DNA of 61,163 bases, counting the filler, from Collodictyon triciliatum (Eukaryota), in the NCBI GenBank assembly GCA_043381765.1. It is 4 parts of 4 records of this genome, joined end to end, with 100 filler letters (N's around TTAATTAATTAA, not from the genome) between each part and the next. Parts side by side here need not be neighbours in the genome. Positions count along the whole stretch, not along the records: positions 1 to 19,294 come from JBHJMP010000551.1; positions 19,395 to 37,321 come from JBHJMP010000553.1; 2 more parts are not named here. One strand, 5' to 3'. Under the pieces are notes generated by a model. The model was not told the DNA's origin. It ran no database searches and saw nothing but the letters and a program-made list of their open reading frames with translations. The number at the start of each line of letters is the position of its first letter. Within the stretch, counting starts at the first letter, position 1. A program made the translations under genes and the position numbers. This document shows positions 13,730 through 22,596 of the stretch, one piece after another.

Positions 13730-14690
13730 TTTTCTTTTCATTTCTTTTCATTTCTTTTCATTTCTTTTCATTTCTTTTCATTTCTTTTTTCATTTCTTTT
13801 CATTTCTTTTCATTTCTTTTTTCATTTCTTTTTTCATTTCTTTTTTCCTTTCTTTTTCATTTCTTTTCTTTTCTTTTCTTTTCATTTCATTTCTTTTTTC
13901 ATCTCTTGTTTCCCTTTTTTTCTTTTTCCTTTATTCCTTTGCTCCTTTTTTCTTTTTTCATTTCTTTTTTCATTTCTTTTTTCATTTCTTTTTTCATTTC
14001 TTTTTTCATTTCTTTTTTCTTTTTTTCATTTCTTTTTTCATTCCTATTTCATTCCTATTTCATTCCTTTTTCTTTTTTTCATTTCCTAGTTTCTTTGTTC
14101 TTTTCTTATTCGTTTCTTTCTTCTTTCTCTTTTCTTTTTTCATTCCTATTTCATTCCTTTTTCTTTTTTTTCATTTTTCATTTCTTCTTTCTCTTTTCTT
14201 TTTTCATTCCTATTTCATTCCTTTTTCTTTTTTTCATTTTTCATTTCCTAGTTTCTTTGTTCTTTTCTTATTCTTTTTTCTTATTCTTTTTTCTTATTCT
14301 TTTTTCTTATTCTTTTTTCTTATTCTTTTTTCTTATTCTTTTTTCTTATTCTTTTTTCTTATTCTTTTTTCTTATTCTTTTTTCTTATTCCTTTTTCTTA
14401 TTCCTTTTTCTTATTCCTTTTTCTTATTCCTTTTTCTTATTCCTTTTTCTTATTCCTTTTTCTTATTCCTTTTTCTTTGTTTCTTTGTTTCTTTATTCCT
14501 TTTTTCCTTTTTTCCTTTTTTCCTTTTTTCCTTTTTTCCTTTTTTCCTTTTTTCCTTTTTTCCTTTTTTCCTTTTTTCCTTTTTCTTTGTCTCTTTGTTT
14601 CTTTGTTTCTTTGTTTCTTTATTCCTTTCTTCCTTTTTTTTCGCTGCCTTTGTTTCTTTGTTTCTTTATTCCTTTCCCCTTTTTTTTCGC
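13730..14690. repeat. Compound pyrimidine-rich low-complexity tandem repeat
   Basis: Successive arrays of TTTCA-, TTCTTA- and TTCC-containing units. Confidence 0.9.
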
Positions 14691-14746
14691 TGCCTTTGCG
14701 TCCTCGCTCTGCAACTTGGGTAACTTCATGTTTCAATCGACAACAG

Positions 14747-16993
14747 ATGGACCAAGAGCCCAAACGCGCTCGATTAGACCCCCTAGACGACTATGAGGCT
14801 GGCTTCTTGAAAACTTTGGAGAATGTGGGGGCGCAAGTAAAGCACATCCGGATCTTATACAATGCAGAGCGCTTCTTGCGCATTTATGCGGAAGGAAGGA
14901 AATCTGCCGACATTGAAACTCTGCACTCAGAGACCGGTGCGCACAGAGTGGAGGTCGATCGTAGAGCAAGTGACGGATTCACAATAGTCAGCCCCATCGG
15001 AATTCGCATTCTCGCACGTCATGCCACTATCTGGAGACGCATTCTGCATAATGTGGAGAGCATAGAGCTTGTGGTGGAGCAACGAAGTGATGGGGATGAT
15101 GGTCATACAGATGAAGGCTTTGGAGAAGCCCTTGCTCAAATTATCAGTGCAGATGTCGAATTAATTCATCTGTATCGGATCCGAATCGTGGTGGAGGGCA
15201 AGGCACGAAAAGCCTCCAGAAATGTTAGTATCATCGAAGCATTGTCAAGGATTAAGGAGATGAGAGGGCTTCATAGTATCGAATTAGTTGGCTTGGAGCC
15301 ACAAGCTGGATTCATCAAAGGATTAGACGCATTTCCAAGACTAAATCGTTTATTTCTCGAAAGGATGAGGGAGACCAGGATACCGGATGATATATTTGCA
15401 TATGCTAGCCAACTTGAGGATGTCTCGTTTGGGCAAAATCAACTTGGAGACATCCCTGACGGGCTTATCTTTTGCCCAGGATTAACACGCCTTGATGTTG
15501 GATTCAACAATCTTTCATCCTCTCCGCTATGGACAGGAAACTATGCTAATGCAGCCGGGCTGGTCTCAGTTTTGGAAAGACTTCGGTGGCTTGATATTTC
15601 TGGAAACGGATTTACAAATATCCCTGTTGTTGTTACCCAAGGCAAAAGACCAAACCTCAGAACTCTTATTGTTTCCAATAATATGATTAAACTACTTCCC
15701 GACGCCATGTTTTCGAGCTTGACCAACCTCGAGTGCCTCAATATTTCGCACAATCAGATAACATCGCTTCCAACCAATTTTGTAAAGCTGAATAACTTGA
15801 AGGAAATTAACATGTCTCAAAACCCAATACAAACCCCGCTGTCGATTCTTGCAAAGTGCAACGGTCTTCGTGTGATAAAAGCGGATCAGAATAGTGTTTC
15901 CATGTTGCCCCGCTGCCCTCCTAATATCGAAACTATAAGTCTTGTGGGAAACAGTATCACCCAATTACCAAAAGGTTTTTTCAATTACCATGCCTTACGA
16001 TGTCTCCATCTTTCTAGCAACGCAGTTTATTCCATCCCTGTAGACGTCACGACACTAACTACATGCGAAAACATTACTGCTCTGGGCCTTTCACTTAATC
16101 GATTCTCAGTTTTCCCCAAACCGGTCCTATCATTTCGAAATCTGAGGTCGCTCTCTTTCTCTCTTGACCCCCGTATATTCCAAAGAATTGAGAGAGCAAG
16201 AGAAGAAGAAATGGCTCGTATCAACCAATTAAGATATCACCGTCAACAGACTTATGGTGTAATGAATGTGCCTGTATTTTTCAATCCTATGCAGGAAATG
16301 GCACCGAAATATAAAGAGGAGGTCATAGCTCCAATACCACTCCGTCGAATTGCACAATCCCTCCCTTCACTTTATCATCTTTCCATTAACCTGTGTGGTT
16401 TGCGGTCTTTTAGGGTTGATGAGCTTTCTCGCCTAGACTCTTTGGAAATTTTGGACCTCAGCAATAATTATATAAGCCACGTCCCAGATTCAATTGGAGT
16501 AGGATTTCCTAAACTCCGCACCCTCAATCTGAGCCGAAATCAAATACGCATGTTGCCAGAAGATGTCATGATAGAACATATGACTAGACTGCAGTATGTA
16601 GATTTGAGCAACAATCATCTAACTGTCATTCCAGGGAAATTGAAAAAGTATCTTGGGTCCTCTTTGCTGGTACAAAACAATCCTTACTTGGAGGTAGATG
16701 CAAAACTTGCTGGGAACGAGCTGAAGTGGACAAACTTTAGCTGTTCGTCTTGCAACTATCCTGCACTGCCTGATGGACTATCCCTCTTCACAAACCTTAC
16801 ATCCATCCAAGCATACAATAATTTCATTTCTTGTTTGCCAGACCCGTTGTCGAAACTTTCTGGGATTGTTGATGTGGACTTTTCTTTTAACAAGTTCAGC
16901 CATTTTCCACTGCAGATTTTTGGGTGGTCTCGTCTTGTGCGGCTGTCTTTGAATTCTAATCAAATTACCTGCATAGATGATACATTTGCCTGA
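14747..16993 (+). CDS. Intronless leucine-rich-repeat protein (about 748 aa)
   Basis: About 20 LxxLxLSxNxIxxLP repeats. The likely start is MDQEPKRARLD at 14747; the upstream ORF extension is repeat-derived. Confidence 0.88.
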   Translation: MDQEPKRARLDPLDDYEAGFLKTLENVGAQVKHIRILYNAERFLRIYAEGRKSADIETLHSETGAHRVEVDRRASDGFTIVSPIGIRILARHATIWRRILHNVESIELVVEQRSDGDDGHTDEGFGEALAQIISADVELIHLYRIRIVVEGKARKASRNVSIIEALSRIKEMRGLHSIELVGLEPQAGFIKGLDAFPRLNRLFLERMRETRIPDDIFAYASQLEDVSFGQNQLGDIPDGLIFCPGLTRLDVGFNNLSSSPLWTGNYANAAGLVSVLERLRWLDISGNGFTNIPVVVTQGKRPNLRTLIVSNNMIKLLPDAMFSSLTNLECLNISHNQITSLPTNFVKLNNLKEINMSQNPIQTPLSILAKCNGLRVIKADQNSVSMLPRCPPNIETISLVGNSITQLPKGFFNYHALRCLHLSSNAVYSIPVDVTTLTTCENITALGLSLNRFSVFPKPVLSFRNLRSLSFSLDPRIFQRIERAREEEMARINQLRYHRQQTYGVMNVPVFFNPMQEMAPKYKEEVIAPIPLRRIAQSLPSLYHLSINLCGLRSFRVDELSRLDSLEILDLSNNYISHVPDSIGVGFPKLRTLNLSRNQIRMLPEDVMIEHMTRLQYVDLSNNHLTVIPGKLKKYLGSSLLVQNNPYLEVDAKLAGNELKWTNFSCSSCNYPALPDGLSLFTNLTSIQAYNNFISCLPDPLSKLSGIVDVDFSFNKFSHFPLQIFGWSRLVRLSLNSNQITCIDDTFA

Positions 16994-17239
16994 GACTTCA
17001 TATGGGTATTTTTATTTACGAATTATCAAGTATATACAATGACGATACGATATGCTTTTCTTTTTTTCTTTTTTTCTTTTTTTCTTTTTTTCTTTTTTTC
17101 TTTTTTTCTTTTTTTCTTTTTTTCTTTTTTTCTTTTTTTNNNNNNNNNNNNNNNNNNNNNNNNNNNNNNNNNNNNNNNNNNNNNNNNNNNNNNNNNNNNN
17201 NNNNNNNNNNNNNNNNNNNNNNNNNNNNNNNNNNNNNNN

Positions 17240-17287
<48 letters not shown>

Positions 17288-19294
17288 CTTTTTTTTTTTT
17301 GCAGAGAATTAGGCCACAGTTTCATGAACACTTTCCTTTTTATCTATATCTAACATTTCTGAAAAAATATGGCAAAATATGTCTGTTTGGTCTCAGGAGA
17401 GACTATAATTATAGTTCATGTTTTATTTGAAAGTTTATGGAAAAAAGTGATGATGATAAATTTTCATCAACGTTAGATTTACCGAGACTGACACTGCCAC
17501 ATCGTAGATGTCCTTTAAAATATATCCCATTGTTATTTGGAGCACCTTTTTTTTCTACAACGTGGATAGATATTGTCACAACCTTTTGGATACACGTTTT
17601 ACCCCGCAGGCGTCTCTTTGACAAATAAACAGTTTTAAACCAGACAGGAATATTGGTACTGGTGTATTAGTATAACATGCGTGCTTTGTCTTCTTTGCAG
17701 GTGAATATGGAAAGCCAGATTAACTGCATGAATCACAAACTCTTCGACTGTGTGACTTTTTTTTTTTTACATGTATTCCCTCGCTACGCCAAGAAAGACA
17801 TGAAAATGTGAAAATGACCTCATTATGCCCTCATCTTTAAAAAAAAAAAAAAAGAAGAATTTTTTTAAAATGACCAAAAGTATGTGGTATATCGCACATA
17901 TGAGGTCGCCCAAAGAAGCCTCTTTCGAAACACAATTTTGAAGGGAAATATATATGTATACATTTTATTTTTTTTACTTCTTTTTTTTTACTTATATGAA
18001 GAAAGAATCCTGCAGACCTAAATGGCAAGCTTTGTGTGTTCAAGAAAAACAGCTTCCTTCTCATCGTCACATGTAACCTTCAAGAAGAGAAACTCAATGG
18101 ACTTTTCGGATCTGGAGATGCCTTGGAATGAGGTGCTCTTGCTTCGGTTTGTGCAAAGAGGAAAGCTTTTTCGAAGGACAAAGAAGTGGCGTGTTCGAAG
18201 CATATAGATGTGTCTTTATATGTTACTTGACGATTATTTTTTATTCTCTCTTTCAAATTGTGCGAGCTACTGGATTTTGATTTGATTTCATTTGATTTCA
18301 TCATCGAACTAATCTGGCTTGGTATTTTCGAAACGACATGAGGCTGGTGATTATAACTGCTGCAGCTCCCACAATAAGTCCTCTGATCACCAATCTTATG
18401 AGTGAGATACAAGAGAGAGCGACACTTTTTTTTTTTTTTTAGGTAGAGCTGATTTAGGATTGGTTATATGCATAAATGATTTGCCTCTTAGTCTCCATAG
18501 CACGTCCGCTGCCAAACTTTGTCGGAGGTCTCGTGAGTTTTCTGTCAAAAAGAAAAAAAGAAAGGGAAATGACATAAAACAGTCCCATTCTCGAGGTGTT
18601 ATCGCGTTGGTGGTGGCCTCTTTTCAAAGATATTTGTTTGGTAGAAGAACTGGTTTTCGAGATTTTTGTCCCCTGTTTGCTGTTTGATTCATTTTGGCGA
18701 AGGGGCGTTCCGCAAAAGCCTGATGTATTCATTATATTTGTGGAATTTACACATAAATTGTTATAAGCGCCGTTTATTTTCTTAAAAAATTTTATAAGCA
18801 TATACTTATATATTGCGCGCATTGTTATTAATTGTTATATTTTGAATTAAGATTTGTGCTAGCATGACATCAACACGAAAATCAACCACAGTATCCGGAA
18901 CAAAAATTTCGATTTTGAATTGGGTGTTGCCATCGGTTTCCCAAAGAGTGCATTATAAATGTTTGGATGAATAAGGGAGGTTTCTGATTTATTGGTGACG
19001 TGGCACTTGACCAAAATATAAATTTTTAATCTTGTTATGGAATGCCCTGCGACAAAGATGGCTCTTTTCTATTCAAATAGGGATTCCGGATTCAACAGCT
19101 CCTCTTGATGCGGATAGATGTCGTCAATTATACGTCATGTGACGACTTAAATGCTATTTGTGTGAAAGAACGACAACTTGTAACGGAAATCGATAAGCAA
19201 ATGTGGAAAACTTCCGTGGCTAGAAATTTGTCTATCCACATTTGGATGGATAGTGAGAATTCTCTGTCGATTATCGAAAATATGATGGCGCTAT

Positions 19295-19394
19295 NNNNNN
19301 NNNNNNNNNNNNNNNNNNNNNNNNNNNNNNNNNNNNNNTTAATTAATTAANNNNNNNNNNNNNNNNNNNNNNNNNNNNNNNNNNNNNNNNNNNN
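19295..19394. other. Artificial contig-joining spacer (N-TTAATTAATTAA-N)
   Basis: Stop-in-all-frames 12-mer embedded in Ns, identical at three places in the window. Confidence 0.95.
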
Positions 19395-19515
19395 CTCGCT
19401 CCACCCGTCGCGTCCGGTAGTGCTCGTAGACCACATTCTCGTCGTCAAGTTGAGGCACCTCACTCTTGTGCGTTTCGCTTGCGCTCACCGCACTTGAGCT
19501 CGGCTTGGTTGCCAT
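19395..19515 (-). CDS. 5' fragment of an unidentified gene truncated by the contig end
   Basis: GC-rich open frame MATKPSSSAVSASETHKSEVPQLDDENVVYEHYRTRRVER running into the gap. Confidence 0.4.
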
Positions 19516-20641
19516 TCGTGTGGTTTTTGTGCAAAACCAAAGGGAAACGTGGTTTTTGTGCAAAACCAAAGGGGTCGAACTACTCAATTGATATAACGTA
19601 TTATCCCTGTTTACATTTACCTCTATCATTTTTTGGTGAAAGGGAACCCAATCGACCTTTTGTGTGGCCCTCGAAAAGCTTTCTATGTGTCGCATTAATC
19701 ACCCGTCCTATATGCATATATGACAACAAGGAAACGGTGATTCCCTTTAAAACCCCAATCCCTGGTTCTTTTCATGCAGCTTTAGGCAAAATATGCCAAT
19801 AGGACACCAGAAAAGGCCCGGATATGGATATATATAAGATGCCATCTCATCCAAGAATCTTGCAGCTGCACACAGTCACCCAGAAGGGCCAAAACTGGTA
19901 TATAAGGCCTTTGCATATGTGTATATTTAAGATAAACGAAGAGATATACATTTGAATAACGAGGATAAAGACGAAGAAATAGGAATGAAGGGTATCTATC
20001 AAAAACCATAAAATGTCAAGTGGGTGAAGACAAAAATTCGTAGGTAATTAGAGTGCCTTCATCAACTCTGAGCCCTTGGATGAAGCAAACAAGAGGAAAT
20101 ACCTAGCATCTTTTGACATAAAGTATGCAGATATTTCCATTCTTTCAAAATATAAAGGAACCTATCCATACACTCACTTATCTGAAATATTTTCAGTTCA
20201 TGTCGAATAAACAATAAAAAAAAAAAAAGCAAAGAGAAAAAGGAGAAATAAATGAACACAATTTATCCAAGTGTTCGGTGATTTCAAAATATCAATTCCG
20301 AGATGTTAAAGCTTTTTAATTTTTTTTAGTCGGTTTCTATTTTAACAACACCATGATGCCAGCAGTATGTAAACTAGACAGCTAAAAAGGACTTTCAGAG
20401 ATAACTCCTTCCTTCACATCTAATGTAGAGAATAAAAGAATTTACAAAGGCAAAATGTAGAAGATATACCATTTCTAAATAAAGGTATGATTATGACGCA
20501 TGATTGATTATATAGTATAATCATATCCACTGTTGTATTTTGTGATTCAGGGAAGCAAGAAGTGGGAATGTTATGGTTGTCTTTGTTATAAATGTATTGG
20601 TAGATTTATATCGGGAGTATTCCCTTTTTCCGTTCAATACT

Positions 20642-22137
20642 CTAGAACATAGAACACTTATTCTTTCTATCGGGTGATTTTGAAAATCCCAGAGTAATAC
20701 GGGCAGCATCTTCAAATACATTCCTTACATTCACTCGAGTTAGAGCAGATGATTCTATGTACTTTAAAGCACCAATATCGGAGGCCATTCGACGACCCTT
20801 TCGTTTGAAAGAAGAAGTATTTCAATACCAAATAGACCAATTGCATAGCGAATATTTTTTCCCTTTATTCGATTCAAAGTGCAAGAGGGTAAATTCACAA
20901 GGAGTATGAATCGAACAAAAGTACTGATATTAATACTAGTACTACTACAAATAACATCAATACTACTGCGACTAATACTAATAAATCAACTCCATTTTAA
21001 AAAGGACAACAATAATGAACAACATATATAGCTGTACACCTTGATTATTTTACCTCTTCTTTGGTTACAAAAAATGTCTCCTTGCTTATTTGAGTTTCGG
21101 TCAAATGCAATTCATCCCTTAAATCCACCTTTGTTCCAACCAATAAAACTGGGATGTTATTTGCATATATTTTCGCTTCAGGAGCCCACTATGAATGTTT
21201 TGAACAAATCAATTCGAAAGTGCTCAGGTAAATCAGAATATTGGAATACTGTCAATAAAAATACAGACCTTCTTCTTTACATTTTCAAATGAAGATTGGT
21301 TCATAACTGAGAAACATATGATAACAACATCTTTATTTCGATAAAACAGAGGATGTATGACACTTTCAAATTCATCGTGGCCTATGAGTGGCCATCAATA
21401 TAAAAAAAATGCGAACTTGAGTTCTATTCATAGTGCAAAGACCATTTCTTTGAATCGAATAAAGGAAAAAAATAGTGCAAAGACCATTTCGCAAAATAAA
21501 TAAATACATAGATGAAAATGACGAGGTATTTTTATCTCCATAATCTATAAAGAACAAATCCGCAATACTTTTTTTACACTTTGGAAAAGAACACAGTCCT
21601 ATGTTAAAGGATATATCTTTTGTTTCGAACGAACCTGTTGAGTCCGAGATTCCCAGTGTCACTTGCTCTCCATCAACATCTATTTCTCTCATCATATAAT
21701 CATAAACGGTCGGAATATATCCTTCAGGGAAAGTGCAGGATGTATAAGTCATCAATAGGGATGTTTTCCTATGGTATATGTGTATAAAGATTGCACATTA
21801 AGTTTGCACTCAGTACCCTCCACCAATCCATCATCTATCAATTAATTTTCAAGAGCCGACGTCATACTATTTACACATGGCTAATTTGTATTTTCGGTCC
21901 ATTTTAGACCTACGAGAAGATATACTTTCCATTCTCGAATGTTTTTCAATAAAGAGATCAAACCTTTTTATCCTTCTCTATTCGATTCAAGAGGAGGGTT
22001 ATATGCTTTTCTTGTGTAGTTGAAAAAAAAACATAGCAAAAGAAGACTTGGCCATTGAAGAATTCTTTTTAAACCCACCCACTTCCTGAATCTCCAACCA
22101 CAACGCACTCCAGGAGCTTCTTACTGGATGGATCCAT
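20642..22137 (-). CDS. Atypical Rho-family small GTPase, 198 aa, 5 exons
   Basis: Exons 22137-22079, 21768-21635, 21381-21269, 21188-21054 and 20797-20642 splice in frame. Motifs: CVVVGDSGSGKT, YIPTVYD, DSTGH, CFSV...SFENVKKKW, VGTKVDLR, YIESSALT and C-terminal CAAX CSMF. Confidence 0.93.
21430..21490 (+). mobile_element. 5'-truncated poly(A) retro-insertion with 19-bp TSD
   Basis: ATAGTGCAAAGACCATTTC at 21430-21448 and 21472-21490 flanks TTTGAATCGAATAAAGGAAAAAA. Confidence 0.85.
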
Positions 22138-22596
22138 GTTATCTAACCGCCTAAACTAACGATCAAAAAACCTGACTGTTTCACAGCACCTTGTTTCTCG
22201 ACTTTCTTCCATACCTCTATTCCCAAGAGGAGTAAACTCTGTGCGTATCTTTCAGGGTTTGGGCTGATTTTCTACGTGTGTTTAACATCATTAAATCTCG
22301 CTTGATCGAAAAAGCTTTGCGAGTATGATACTGCTGGCTTCTGACTTCGAAGAAGTGTGTGCTTCTTTTTTTTTTAAAAAAAAAAAAATCCAACAGTGAA
22401 AATGGTGATTGAATGAAGCGCTTCCTGAAGAAGATAATCACATTTAATTTTGCATTGTAAACCTTGAAAAGGGTAATGTAATGCCAGTGATCACATTTAC
22501 AAAATATTTGCAGTTTGTTTGTTTGTTTGTTTGTTTGTTTGTTTGTTTGTTTGTTTGTTTGTTTGTTGGCGTGAGGCATGAATTCTCAAAGGTTGA

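Noticed and set aside
13604-14796. Long Phe/Lys-rich ORFs (also near 1919-2371, 30283-30814, 37366-37611, 39726-40125, 55344-55835 and 59763-60262)
   Set aside because: Translations of microsatellites and low-complexity tracts.
19339-19350. TTAATTAATTAA palindrome repeated at three sites (also near 37366 and 51096)
   Set aside because: Always embedded in N runs of about 100 nt in total. It is an assembly spacer, so adjacency across these points has no biological meaning.
19518-19574. CRISPR-like palindromic repeats
   Set aside because: Only two units with a spacer of a few bases, no cas genes, and a eukaryotic context.
21817-21834. GGATTGGTGGAGG as a degenerate P-loop exon suggesting the Rho gene is a pseudogene
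   Set aside because: The true first exon at 22137-22079 supplies an intact P-loop and splices in frame.
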